A stretch of 64,000 nucleotides of DNA from Octopus vulgaris (taxonomy: Eukaryota): assembly GCA_951406725.2 (NCBI GenBank), contig OX597814.1, positions 3,720,001 to 3,784,000 on the forward strand, in the 5' to 3' direction. The translations under genes were made by a program, and so were the position numbers. Position 1 is the stretch's first letter; each line of letters begins with the position of its first letter. Below are positions 12,417 through 26,211 of this stretch, in pieces. Below the pieces are notes generated by a model, which was not told where the DNA came from, made no database searches, and worked only from the letters and a program-made list of their open reading frames with translations.

Positions 12417-13339
12417 ACATGGCTGCAGTCTAATGACTAAAGCAAGTAAAAGGTAAACGATAATTTTTCTCAGACACACACACACACAAACACACATACA
12501 CACACATACACACATATACACACACATAGACACACAGACGCACACAGACACAGAGACAGACATACACATACACAAACATACATACACATACACACACATA
12601 CACACATACACACGCATACACAGACACACACACACACATACACACACTGTCTCACACGCACGCACACACTCACATACTCACACACACTCACGCACGCGCA
12701 CCAAGTATTAAACAAGATGACTCCCTGACTCATTAAAACCATCTTGTCACTGAGACGAAGAAGGAAACTTCGAGTGGCGTCTGCAACCAATTTCGAATAA
12801 GAAGGAACAATAATCTCTAGGAATTAACGCTCACTTTCGCCATTCAAGAAAAAGTCTACCTTTTTTTTTGATTTTTTGTTCTTGTTGAAATCAAAACGAC
12901 ATTTGTGATTGTGTTTCTACCTCAATCGACATCTTCAGCACAGCTTTGACTCCAACTAGACATAAAATTTAGCTGTTTACGGCTTAGAGTAATTTGCACA
13001 TTTATAACAAAACAAAGTATATATAAATACTTCATTATCGCTAATGAATTTGAACAGACGAAGAAAGATATACCAGACACCGAAAAAACGGTTGTTCTAT
13101 CCTTAGTTTCGTATTCCTTCTAGTAAATGATTCTTTTAGGTTATCTCCCCTTTCGTTTGGAATTGTCACTATGTATTTTCCAGAGCCAGAAATGGACAGG
13201 ATGTTATATGGAGCAAAAGGGCGTATATTTAAGAGTACGGTAATCAAAACATTTTATCGCCACAATATATAATGCTTTAGCAAAAATCTAGGAAGGCAGT
13301 ATATATATATATATATACAAGGAGAGATAGAGATTTGTA

Positions 13340-13393
13340 TGTTTCTTTCTCTCTTTCTCTCTCTCTCCCTCCCTCTCTCTATCTATTTATCTA

Positions 13394-13440
<47 letters not shown>

Positions 13441-13445
13441 CATCC

Positions 13446-13509
<64 letters not shown>

Positions 13510-14606
13510 GTGTGCGGCCCTGTGTGGCTAATAAAGAAACATATCTATCTTTCTACCTACCTACCTATCTATCTATCTGTCTGTCTGTCTATCTATCCCG
13601 CTCTCTCACTACCTCTGCAGCTCGGCGTGTGTGTTGATGGGGGGAGGGAAGAGCGGCTGTTGGTGGTATGTTTATCTGGCTGAATGCCTGTACAATATGA
13701 TAACAACAGCGTAATGATGGCTGTTCTTCGTTTGTTTCCCGCTCTTTCTGACGTCTTCTATGTTTTATATGAATACATGTTAACAACGTTTGACACCAGC
13801 GATGAATACTGATTGAATCAAAGACCCAATAAATATCCATACACGGTTTTATTCTACCCCCCCACACACACACACACACCCGACCCCTCTTACGACATCT
13901 CGGTGCTTACCGTTCTTTTTTTATTTGTAGTGTCTATTTGCTGTTGTTGTTTTGATTTTTTTTTCATTTCTAGATGGAAGAGATAGTGATAGAAATAGAG
14001 ACAGAGAGAGAGAGACAGAGAGACAGAGAGACAGACAGACAGACAGACAGAGAGACAGAGAGAGACACAGAGAGAGACACAGAGAGAGACACAGAGAGAG
14101 ACACAGAGAGAGAGAGAGACAGAGAGAGAGAGAGAGATGGAAGGAAGGAAACTGCGTGGGATGCATAGAAAGAGATGGAGGAGGAGGACGAAGAAGAAGA
14201 GGAGGAGGAGGAGGATGACGACTATGAATGTGAGTGAGTGATTGGTTTTGTATATAAGACAGAAAATCTAGAAATATAAGAGAGGGACTTGTGTGTATGT
14301 GTGTGTGTGTGTGTATATATGTATGTATATATGTATGTGTGTATGTATGTGTGTATGTATGTATGTATGTATGTATGTATATATGTATGTATATATGTAT
14401 GTGTGTATGTATGTATGTATGTGTGTATGTATGTATGTATGTACGTATGTATGTATGTATGTATGTATGTATGTATGTGTATGAATATATGTTTGTATGT
14501 ATATATGTATGTGTGTATGAATATATGTGTATGTATATGTGTGTATATACATGTATGTATATATGTATGAATGAGAATATATACCTATATATATATATGT
14601 ATGATT

Positions 14607-14638
<32 letters not shown>

Positions 14639-14888
14639 TTATGTATGTATATATGTAATTATGTATGTATGTATGTATGTATGTATGTATGTATGTATGT
14701 ATGTATGTGTGCATATAGAGAAAGAGAGAATATGTTGGATGTGAGATTTAGAGAGAGACAGACAGAGTGAGAGAAGTGTATAAAAGATAAAGAGGAAAGG
14801 ATAAAGCGAGGGAGAAGAAGAAGCAGAGTGTGTGGTGGTGGAGAGGAGTGCAGGAGTGTGTGAGAGATGGAGAGATAATAACGTAAGA

Positions 14889-14924
<36 letters not shown>

Positions 14925-14960
14925 ATGAAAGAGAGAGAGGGAGAAAGGGGAGAGAAAGGG
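13340..14960. repeat. Microsatellite cluster: (TCTA)n, (GA/GACA)n, (TGTA)n
   Basis: Directly visible; a short unique island lies at 13620-13920. Confidence 0.9.
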
Positions 14961-15149
14961 AGAGAGGTGAGATTTCAAAAGATTTTTATCTCTACTTAAA
15001 CAACAACTGCAGAAAGCGAGTTGTTGTTGTTGTTGTTGTTGTTGTTGATGTCGGAGCGAATATTTCAGTGGCTGCTGCCAATACAGTACAAAATATGACT
15101 GAAACATTACTAAAAACCATTCCAATACAACACAAACAATGGCAGCGGG

Positions 15150-15520
15150 GAAAACAGAAGGTTTCTGGTAATAAATATGCCACAAGGGTGACAGATGAGA
15201 GCACATTACGAGAGCAGATTACAACAATTGTTGAGGTTTATGATGAAAGCGAATCAAACGAAATACAAAATGGCGATATCCACCATATACAAAATATATT
15301 ATCTCTAAACGGTCACTGCCATTTAGGGGCCAATAAAGGAACCCAGAGAACACAACGAACAGAGCTGGATGGTTCCCAAGGGTAAGTGTCCTATTCCAGT
15401 GATTTCTATCCTTAGTGATTTCAGCTGCGTCCTTCACAAGGCCTGTGTCGCCATAGCCATTAAGCAGACGACAGCTGTTTGCCCTTCTCGACCAAACACA
15501 AGGCGACTGTACTATGAGCT
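15150..15520 (+). mobile_element. Decayed RTE-clade LINE 3' end
   Basis: RVTDESTLREQITTIVEVYD.. followed by remnants of the G..RRGRQRxxW motif typical of RTE ORF C-termini. Confidence 0.45.
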
Positions 15521-15774
15521 ACAGACTTGGTCGATGGCTAACTCTGCCATACATTTAACAATTTGACAAAAAAAAATAAATAAACACATCACTACTCATC
15601 TAACACTCAATATTTAACTTCAGAGCGGATTTGATTCTCTACAAACATCTCAATCAGCCCCGGCTGACACAGACCCCGTACTTTGGTACCTGTAGAGTTT
15701 AAACCGAACTAGGATTTCACCATGTGATTGGGAAACGAGTTTCTTACCACAGTCACACTTGCGCTTATCATATA

Positions 15775-16166
15775 CTAGCTGTATCGCTCGGCGTTGCTCG
15801 GGTTTGTTTCGACCCATTAGAATTGGAATTTTTGAAAAGTAAAAAATTTGCATTATATAGCTTGTTATTCTCTTTAAGTGAACATTTGTCTGGTTGAAAT
15901 ACACTGAAAAATAGCGACACAGCAGTAAAAAAATCGTAAAAAATGGGGATTTTCATAGAAAAAAAGCACCTTTTTGATGTAAATAATTTCTGGCGTTAAC
16001 ATGGACCGATTTGAATTTTTTCTTCTACGGAAGGAAGAGCAAGCCTTCTTCTATCATACTCTCAATTTTGGTCAACTTGCGCCGCAGGGTCTCAGAGGAG
16101 ATAGTGTTAGTTGAAGGCTACCAAACCTGCCATACACAGACAACTTCAGCTTTATATATAGAGAGA
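15775..16166 (-). mobile_element. Non-autonomous Helitron
   Basis: The minus strand begins a|TCtctctatatataaag and ends with a subterminal hairpin cccgagcaacgccgag..acagCTAG|t. It sits between A and T, has no TSD, and shares termini with 62576-62953. Confidence 0.82.
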
Positions 16167-16513
16167 TTACGTTATATATACATTCTAGATATTCATTTTA
16201 ACGGTTACCGTTTTCATTTTACAGGTCATTATATTTTGATTTTCTGTTTCCAAAATCGAGTAATCTCTTTTTCATTCATGAGTAAACTGAAATCTTTACA
16301 GCGAACTGGTCAACTGCTTTCATAGATACATACACTTGAGGAAGATTTGGCTGCTATTTTTAGGAAGGTTAACCTTTAGCTTATCCTAAATATTATGGAC
16401 TGTGTTGGACAAAACAGAAAGATAAGAGGAAAGTATAAGAGGAAAGTATAACGTGACATCCAGTTATTGTAAGGAAGATAATCATTTTTGGATTAATTTT
16501 GGTGGGGTTAGAT

Positions 16514-16680
16514 CAGGGATGGGGAACCCTTTTAGTGCGGCGGGCAAAAATTTACAAAGAAAAAAGGTCCGCGGATGGATCACAAGTTCTAATTTTTATA
16601 TCTGTGTAAATCTTGTATATATCTATGTTTAATTCGATATACATGAATAAAGATAAGTTTAACGCATTAAATTAACGCGT
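16514..16680 (+). mobile_element. hAT-like element end fragment
   Basis: Starts cagggatggggaaccc..gcggcgggc, resembling hAT termini; no matching second TIR seen. Confidence 0.4.
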
Positions 16681-17204
16681 TCCTCGTCAAGAAGAAGGCT
16701 GAGTTATTGGCGGCCGGGGTCAGATATATCAATGTAGCCATAGCGCGGTTCCTGCCGGTCAAAACTGCCAAGCAGGAGGGAACCAAGAGGGCAGCTCTGG
16801 CCAAAAGAACTCGCGAGAGTCTCTAAGGGTCAGGGCTGTCTGCTGCCGACTCCCACTCACAAGTCGAGGATAGACCTTCTCCTTGTCCTAACTGGAGAGA
16901 TCGATTCCTCGACGCTTCATTGACGCCGCCACTAAATTGAGGATATTTATATTACTTATGAGGTATTCTTTATTTTTCAGCTAAAGTGTTGCTGGGTCTC
17001 AAAGGGGTTGGTACAGACCAAGCAATATGTGTTTTGTTGTGAAAACAAAATTTCCATTCAAATTGCAATTACAGGAGGATTTTCTGTTCGAGTTTAGCCA
17101 TTTTAAGTCGTAGTGGAAACGCGACCTATGTCGAAAATAGGCATACGAATATTGTATGAATTTTATAATTGAAGCATTTATCATATTTTGTACATACGAG
17201 TATA

Positions 17205-17370
17205 TATTTCTTTACTACCCACAAGGGGCTAAACACAGAGAGGACAAACAAGGACAGACAAAGGGATTAAGTCGAATACGTCGACCTCAGTGCGTAACTG
17301 GTATTTAATTTATCGACCCGAAAGGATGAAAGGCAAAGTCGACCTCGGTGTAATTTGAACTCAGAACGTA
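17205..17370 (-). mobile_element. SINE family C, 5'-truncated
   Basis: Body and tail (gccccttgtgggtagtaaagaaata) match the arrays. Confidence 0.88.
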
Positions 17371-17399
17371 TTTTGTCCATACGAGTATAGCCTGCAGGC

Positions 17400-17620
17400 G
17401 AAATAAAATGGCCTCTCGGGGGTTTCCCTACCCCTGAGTTAGATGATCGGATTTTAAATTGATGCCCAGGGAAGGATACGTACGGCTTTCGAATACTTAT
17501 AAAAAGGCCTGCCAGCAAGTGTCTTCTATTTCGTTGTATTTCTAATTCCACGGCTATAGGGATTAGAAGCTGTTTAGCAGATCCTCGCAGACCCTTCGTT
17601 ACATTTGCTTGCTTCATATC
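17400..17620 (-). mobile_element. Possible decayed CR1-like LINE C-terminal remnant
   Basis: LEIQRNRRHLL...PGHQFKI loosely resembles the LExRR..DL..RGHxxKL pattern. Confidence 0.3.
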
Positions 17621-17633
17621 TTTCTGTAATACG

Positions 17634-18011
17634 TGGCAATCCGTCGGTTACGACGAAGAGCGTTCCAATTGATCCGATCAACGGAACATCCTGTTCGTGA
17701 AATTAACGTGCAAGTGGCTGAACACTCCACACATACGTGTACCCTTAACGTAGTTCTCAGGGAGATTCAATGTGATACAGTGTGTGACAAGGCTAACCTT
17801 TTTGAAATACAGGTAGAACAGAAATGGGAAGAAAAAGTGAGAGAACGTTATGCGAAAGAGTACAGCAGGGTTGCCACCGCCCCCTGCCGGAGCCTCGTGG
17901 AGCTTTAGGTGGTTTCGCTCAATAAACACTCACAACGCCCGTTCTGGGAATCGAAACTGCGATCCTGCGACCACGAGATCACTGCCTTAACCACTGGGCC
18001 ATTGTGCCTCC
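17634..18011 (-). mobile_element. SINE family B, full length
   Basis: tRNA-like head ggcacaatggcccagtggttaag..tttcgattccc; tail ..cgtcgtaaccgacgga; homologous to 55286-55669. Confidence 0.9.
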
Positions 18012-18799
18012 ACTTTCTATAATAATAACCGATATAAATATAAGTTGATCGATTGATTAGTTGAACGATTGATCGATCTGTTGATTTCCCCAATCGAACA
18101 TTATATCGTAGACACAGAGCAGTAAAGTGAATAAAAATGAGAGACACAGAGTGAGTTAAAATAAGATGTGACGGATGAGCGCACATACTAGGCTTGGTGA
18201 CAGGAGATGGATGACGAAAAGGCTTAAATGACAAGGTTCTTATCGGAGGAGTTATACGAATGTGAAATTTGTTCCATTTAACTTTGTTTTAAGCAAATAA
18301 TTATATTACTTTCAAGAATTAACATTTCATGATTATCTTTTTTTATAGACACCAAGAAATCTGACAAAACTTAAATTATAATTATTGTGTGTGTGTGTGC
18401 CATCATTCTTTATATATTCCCCCTGGGGACAAAAGTAGAGTTCCAAAGTTGCCCGTCATATGACAGATAACACTCTGGCTTCTTAATATTACCAAGGCAG
18501 TGATCCTAGAGCAACACGTTCACGTGAGACGCTTCACATTTTGATATCGGCTTGCTTCTACATCTCTTTGCACATTACTGTAAATATATTCACATTTTAA
18601 AGTTCTCTGCATCATTAAAATAAGGTTAAATAATAAATTCAATCTTGCAATTTATAGAGTTTTATATTTTATTGGTTTATAAAAGCTAATGTCATGATAT
18701 CATGAGCCACAGCCATTTAATATCTGCGTAGAGTTGACGATACACATATAGCAGGAAACAATATAATCTCGATGTTCGGATATTGAAATATTCTGTAGC

Positions 18800-18982
18800 T
18801 AGAAAAACTGCTTTCAAAATTAGGCACAAAACCACGTAGACAACCGGTAATTAATTTTACCGACCCAGAAAGACTGGAAGGTAAAATCCACCACGGCGGC
18901 ATTTGAACTCAAAACGTAAAGACGGACGAAATACTGCTAAACAATTTTCCTTGCGTGCTAACGATTCTGCAAGCTCGCTGCT
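18800..18982 (-). mobile_element. SINE family C, decayed copy
   Basis: Head gcgagcttgcagaatcgttagcacgc plus a diverged body. Confidence 0.75.
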
Positions 18983-19094
18983 TTATTGTATCAAGAAATA
19001 TGGAAATCATTATTACCCGTATGGGATTCCATACTTTTGATTACGGATATTTACACTAATATCTGAACATTTGCATTGTAGTTTTCAGTATATA

Positions 19095-19366
19095 ACATAA
19101 ACACACACACACACATACACACGTATATACATACATACATACACATACATACATACATACATACATACATACACATACATACATACATACACATACATAC
19201 ACAGACATACACGTACATAATACACGTACATACATACATACATACATACATAATACATACATACATACATACATACATAATACATACATACATACATACA
19301 TACATACACACACACATACACGTACATACATACATACATACATACAAACATACATACATATATATT

Positions 19367-19462
<96 letters not shown>

Positions 19463-19514
19463 ATATATATATATGTACATATATACACCTCCCACATATA
19501 AATGTGTGTGTATG

Positions 19515-19558
<44 letters not shown>

Positions 19559-19769
19559 TTATACGTGGGAGGTGTCTATATGTACATATATATCTACATA
19601 TATATATGTGTGTGTGTATGGTTACTCATAGATATGTATATAAGTGAAACTCTATGCATATGTTTGCATAAATCTACTTTGATAGCGTTTAATATCGTGT
19701 AAACTTGCAAACATTAAAATGTTAGTCATGTTTATAGGAAAAACTTGCAACAGATACCGACGAATTGAT

Positions 19770-19817
<48 letters not shown>

Positions 19818-19832
19818 AACACACACACACAG

Positions 19833-19877
<45 letters not shown>

Positions 19878-20097
19878 CGCGCACACACGCACACATACAC
19901 ATATATATACACAGGCACATACATACGTAAACACACACGCATATGCATATATACACACACACACACATACAAATACAAACACAAACATACAAACACATAA
20001 ACACACACATATACATACACACACGCATACACGCGCATACACACACACACACACACACGCACATACACACGCACACACACGCACGCATATATGTAAA
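19095..20097. repeat. (TACA)n/(TA)n/(CA)n microsatellite cluster
   Basis: Directly visible. Confidence 0.9.
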
Positions 20098-20099
20098 TA

Positions 20100-21708
20100 C
20101 GAGGATGGTCTAAAGTGTTCACAGGTTGACTATGAAGAAGTGATGCTAGAGCTGGGAAACCTTTGCATGCATTCATTTCAACCTTTCTTGTTGATAATTA
20201 CATTGTTTCTTTCTCGGTAAACTGACATCTGACTCTTCCAAGAAGACTTCAGAAGTAACAAGTAGCAACTTCTCTTCAAAATCGACAAAATTTAGCATCG
20301 TGCTGTTATCAAGTCCCTGCAATAAAAGGGTTTAGCTCCCCCAAGAACATTCTACCTTACAGGATGACATTATACGTAAGAGGATGACGTTTAAGCTTCA
20401 CTAACAGTGAAAAAGGGGGCAGATGAATTTAGGAGAGGAAGGGAGAGTCTCGGAGGTGACCCAGAGTCTGGACGTCCTGCAACTGCCACCAGCGTGGAAA
20501 ACATTGATCGTGTTCATCATATGATGATAGTGGGGACACATGGTCTAATGGTTAGAGCAGCGAACTAGCGGTCGAGGGATCGCGGCTTCGAATCTTAGAC
20601 GATGTGTGTGTTTATGAGCAAAACACCTAAGCTCCACGCTGCTCCGGCAGAAGGTAATGGCGAACGTCTGCTGACTCTTTCACCACAACTTTCACTCACC
20701 TCTTTCCTCCTACATATTGCAGCAAACCTGCGACGAACCGGCGTCCCATTCAGGTGGGGAACCTATACGCCAATAAAACCGGGAAACCGGCCCTTATGAG
20801 CTAGGTTTGGTTCGAGAAGGAACAAACAAACATGATGATGGATGACAAGCAAATGATTCTAAACCAAATAACCAATGCCGTTGGAATATCTCGTGAGAGA
20901 GTTGAGAATAATCTGCAGAATGAACTTGGCATGATGAAGGTTTCTTCTGCTCGGTGGGTGCCACGTCTTCTGACACCTGATCAAAAGCGCACCAGGGCCG
21001 ATCACATCGCGGGAGGATCTTGACATTGTTTGAAGCAAGTTCGGATGGTTTCCTTGAACGTTTCCGAAGCCAGTGTTGGGTTCATCTCTTTAAGCCAGAG
21101 ACAAACAATCTACGCAGTGGAAACACCCCTCCTCATTCGCTCCAAAGAAGGCCCAGGTGGTTTCACCAGCAGGGAAGGTGAAAGCCTCAGTTTTTTGGGG
21201 GATGCAAAACGTATTGTGCTTATTGACTATCGTGAAAAGGGCCACACCACCATTGGAGAGTACTATGTCAATTTGTTGCGGAAGTTACGAAAGTCCATCA
21301 GACCAAACGCTCAGGAAAACAGAAGAAAGGAATCATTTTTTCACCAGGTCAATGCTCCAGTACACAACCCCTTGGTTTCAATGGCTGCTGTGCGTGATTG
21401 TGACTTCGAACTGGTTCGTCATCTTTCCTAGTCTGCTTATTTGGTCCCATCTGATTATCATCTGTTCCCCAACATAAAAAAAAAAAAACACTTGACTGGG
21501 AGCCAGCGTCGCAGGGATGACGTCATATCTGCAGTCGATGTTTTGACTAACGGGATGAAAGCATCTTCAGTAATGGGATCCCAGCACTGGAACACCTACG
21601 GAAGAATTGTGCGGACCACAAGGAAGATTATGTTGAAAAATAAACCTCATTTGGTCACATTCCATGAGAGTATCTTGATCAGCCTATCAACTGTTCAGTC
21701 GACCCTCA
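20100..21708 (+). mobile_element. Near full-length decayed mariner with both TIRs, interrupted by a SINE
   Basis: Left TIR TA|cgaggatggtctaaagtgttcacaggttgac; right ..tcagcctatcaactgttcagtcgaccctc. Motifs ARWVPRLLTPDQK, KVKASVFW and PSDYHLF are present with frameshifts. Confidence 0.9.
20531..20831 (+). mobile_element. SINE, family-B head with alternative 3' half, inserted in the mariner
   Basis: TSD atgatgat at 20521-20528 and 20832-20839; the empty site is visible in the paralogous mariner at about 35650. Confidence 0.85.
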
Positions 21709-21932
21709 ATTTTATAAATGTGTGTGTGTAATGAAAAGGTTCGATAAAAAATTTGTTTTCCACGTTGGGAGTTGCAATGGAAAATATGAATATCCAAAAC
21801 GCGTAGATATTTTGTATTGTACAAAAGATATAGAAAAATATTTTATGAAATAAAATATTTACATAGTCGACTGGTTTTGCTTGTACTTATCATAACTAAG
21901 TAGTTAATGATAATGTCTATATTTGTATAAAC

Positions 21933-22313
21933 TGGTACTCCGTCGGTTGCGAGGACGAAGGTTCCAGTTGATCCGATCAACGGAACAGCCTGCTCGTGAA
22001 ATTAACGTGCAAGTGGCTGAGTACTCCACAGAAACATTTAATGTATCCTTAACGTAGTTCTCGGGGGAGATTTGACATGACACAGAGTGTGACAAGGCTG
22101 GCTCCTTTTAAATACAGGTACAACAGAAGCAGGAAGAATGAGTGAGATAAAGTTGTGGTGAAAGAGTACAGTAGGGTTCGCCACCACTCCTGCCAGAACC
22201 ACGTAGAACTTTAGGTGTTTTCGCTCAATAAACACTCACAATGCCCGGTCTGGGAATCGAAACCGAGATCCTACAACGGCGAGTCCGCTGCCCTAACAAC
22301 TGGGCCATTGCAC

Positions 22314-22314
<1 letters not shown>
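21933..22314 (-). mobile_element. SINE family B, full length
   Basis: Homologous to the 17634 and 55286 copies. Confidence 0.9.
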
Positions 22315-22355
<41 letters not shown>

Positions 22356-22375
22356 CACACCACACACATCGTGTA

Positions 22376-22663
22376 GGCGTGAGGTTTTGTGGTTAAAGTA
22401 TTCGGCATATGACAGCAGGATTGTGAGTTCGAATCCCGTTACTCGTTATGTCTTCAGCAAGACTCTCTATTTCCCGTTGTTCCAGTTCACTCAACAGACA
22501 AAAATGAGTCTTACCAGGAATTCAAAGGGTCGGCCTTTCCACGCTGAATCTCCCTAAGAAATACGTTAGGGGTGCGCGTGTCTGTGGAGTACTCAGACAC
22601 TTGCACGCGGTTCCGTTGATCGGATCCACTGGAACGCTCTGCGTCATAACCGATAGAGTGCCA
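22376..22663 (+). mobile_element. SINE, family-D-like head/core with family-B tail
   Basis: gtgagttcgaatccc B-box, cagcaagactctctatttcccgttgttccagttcactc core, tail ..cgttgatcggatc..cataaccgatagagtgcc. Confidence 0.7.
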
Positions 22664-22731
22664 TTCTTTTAGTTTTCAAAATTTAGATGAACAAACTTCG
22701 TTTTTAATCTAAAATATACTCTCCTTTATTG

Positions 22732-23022
22732 TCAAATCCCCATAAACTGCATTAATATTCCTCGCACTTTCCATTGCATTATTGCCTTTATTGAACTCAT
22801 AAAGCAAAATATACTGAATATGCTCCTTTGTCACTTCCTTTATAGCTTTGAAAAAATAACTGTTAAAATCGAACTGCACTCTTCAAAAATTGCACTAAGA
22901 ATAAGTACAAGGTAAAATTACTACCTGCTTTTATAGCAAGTTGATGCAGATAGTTTATCCCGTCCCCCTCCGACTTTTAGTTCATGCATTTGAAAAACCA
23001 CATTATTTATGGGATGACCCAA
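22732..23022 (-). pseudogene. Mariner 5' fragment (left TIR plus transposase N-terminus)
   Basis: TA|ttgggtcatcccataaataatgtggttttt, then EVTKEHIQYILLYEFNKGNNAMESARNINAVYGD. Confidence 0.8.
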
Positions 23023-23056
23023 TATATAGATGTAAATAGAGATATATACATGCATA

Positions 23057-23113
<57 letters not shown>

Positions 23114-23210
23114 ATGCATACAAACATACCTATATTTGTTGTGTTTGTTGATACTATGTTGCTCTCCGAAGCCATTTATGTAAGTTAAAGTATTTTCGTT
23201 TGTTGTGCAA

Positions 23211-23293
23211 TCTCTGAGGATTTAATAGTGTCATCTTTTTATAAGGTATACCTTTATATAGCAGATATCATTGTTAATGAAACATCAATAAGA
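23211..23293 (+). ncRNA. Hammerhead ribozyme-like motif (type I, long stem II), partly decayed
   Basis: tct-CTGAGGA-t-ttaatagtg..cattgttaa-t-GAAA-catcaa-TA-aga. Confidence 0.5.
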
Positions 23294-23419
23294 ATGGATT
23301 AAATAAGCGTAAATATTTCTACCCCACTTGCTCTCTAATTAATCTTTCTGTATTTCATCCTTATCTTTTTTATTTTTTTCAGATTCTGTTATTCAGAATA
23401 TTTTATTCTTTATATATTG

Positions 23420-23924
<505 letters not shown>

Positions 23925-24224
23925 TAAATGTACATACAATATAAAAAAAGCCAACATAGAAAATGACTGTTCAGGACCATTGATCTACGGAAACTAAAAA
24001 TCGATAGTTTACTCAAGTCTATCAGTTAGGTATCGATACTTATTAGATGTAAACAAGTGCAGATCTATTCTTGTAAATGACGTAAAAGATATTAGAACCG
24101 ATTTGCGGAGATGCTACCAAAAACAAAACACTTGGCTGTTTGCTAATCATTCTTCAAACAGGATGTGACACGTGACTGTGAGGAGCTCTTTAAATTGGAG
24201 GAAAGAAAAATGATTACATTTTAT

Positions 24225-24614
24225 CTTTTATCCTTTATTTATTTTAGTCATTAATGTGAGGCCATGCTGGAGCACCGCATTGAAGAATTTTAGTCGAAGG
24301 AATCAGCCCCAGGACTTGTTTTGTATTTCTAAAGCCTGGCAAGTATTCTATCGGTTCTTTTGCCGAAACGCTAGGTTATGGGGACGTAAACACACCAAGA
24401 TCGGTTGTCAAGCGATGGTGGAGGAGGACAAACACAGACACACAAGCGCACTTACATACACACAGATATATATGTATATGACGGGCTTCTTTCAGTTTCC
24501 GTCTACCAAAACCACTCACAAGGCTCTGGTTGGTCCGAGGCTATAGTAGTGAGACTGAACCCGGAACCATGTGATTGGGAAGCTTGCTTCTTACCACACA
24601 GCCACGCTTGCGCC
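24225..24614 (-). mobile_element. SINE family A copy
   Basis: Homology to family A. Confidence 0.88.
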
Positions 24615-24926
24615 AGTGTATGTATATATATATATATGCGTGTGTGTGTCTGTGTGTGTGTGTGTGTGTGTGTGTATAATTAAGGAGAGGAGAAAGCAAA
24701 TTCAAACGCCGATGTATATATTCATTCAATCCATATTAACGATATTCTCCATGGTATACAAAGTACATACATAGAAGCATTCATCTATATGATATATAAA
24801 AAATTTCTAAGAATTTATAAATACATATATATACACGAAAATTTATAAATATATAAAAATTCATGCACATATAAAAATTTACAAATGCTTAAAAATTCAT
24901 AAATGTAAATATATACACGTACATAA

Positions 24927-25032
24927 CGTTTTCTGCCTGCCAAATCCACTTACAAGATGCCATGGAGTGGAACTGAACCGGAAACCATGTGGTTGGGAGA
25001 AAGACACCTTACCACACAGCCACGCTTGCACC
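24927..25032 (-). mobile_element. SINE family A, 5' fragment
   Basis: Head homology only. Confidence 0.7.
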
Positions 25033-25727
25033 TATTTCGTTCAGTAGAATTTTAAAAAGAGTTCCTTGTAAACTACTTCCTGATTGAAAACAAAAGATAC
25101 AGACCCGGGGTAGCTGTACAACTCTACTATTACAACAGTTCATCAGATGGAAATCCCTTTGCTTATTAGGAAAATGACATTCGGGGCTATACTGTTGGAA
25201 AGCTTCAAAATGACAAGAACAATGACAAGGCATAATAAAGGGGTCTGTCTTGGAGCAAGAGTAAGTGTTTTATGTCTGACACGGAATGGTAGGCTTGTGA
25301 AATTGAAGAAAAGAAAACAAGATGAACAAATAATGCCTGGTGCACGAAAAGAAAATGGATTTAAGTAAAGCAACATCGATATAACGAGTGGCAGACTATG
25401 AGATGAATCCCGAGAGCACGAAACACACGGTAAGCAGGTAACATCACGATATCGTCTGCCTGTAAGACATGATGTGGTGGTAGAACAATATGGAGGACGG
25501 ACCGTGGAGAACAGCCGGGAAGAGAGAATATAAGAAATTAGAGTGAAGACGAAAGTATCTTCAGAAAATACTATATCGATCGCTGTAAAACATGTCTCCT
25601 TGTCTCTCTTTCTGTCAAAATGCCTGGAGGAAGAATTTCAATTTTTGGAACTAAGAACATATTTGATACTTGGATAAGTTACAGTCAGAATTGTTCTTGG
25701 AAAAGAAATTTTAAAATGTTTAATAAC

Positions 25728-26126
25728 GGCGCAGGAGTGGCTGTGTGGTAAGTAGCTTGCTAACCAACCACATGGTTCCGGGTTCAGTCCTACTGCGTGG
25801 CATCTTGAACAAGTGTCTTCTGCTATAGCCCCGGGCCGACCAATGCCTTGTGAGTGGATTTGGTAGACGGAAACTGAAAGAAGCCTGTCGTATATATATA
25901 TATGTGTGTGTATGTGTATGTGTTTGTCCCCCTAGCATTGCTTGACAACCGATGCTGGTGTGTTTACGTCCCTGTAACTTAGCGGTTCAGCAAAAGAGAC
26001 CGATAGAATAAGTACTGGGCTTACAAAAGAATAAGTCCCGGGGTCGATTTGCTCGACTAAAGGTGGTGCTCCAGCATGGCCGCAGTCAAATGACTGAAAC
26101 AAGTAAAAGAGTAAAAGAGTAAAAGA
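25728..26126 (+). mobile_element. SINE family A, full length
   Basis: Well-preserved copy ending (gtaaaaga)3. Confidence 0.93.
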
Positions 26127-26211
26127 ATGTTTCATGTTACAGTCATTCTTTGGGCACCATAGCACACTCGAGTAAAAAAATTACTTTGCAATATATTGTA
26201 CAGCTTAAAGA

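Noticed and set aside
15068-15385. 105-aa ORF ending at a GTAAGT donor
   Set aside because: Better explained as a decayed RTE LINE 3' end; no good acceptor upstream.
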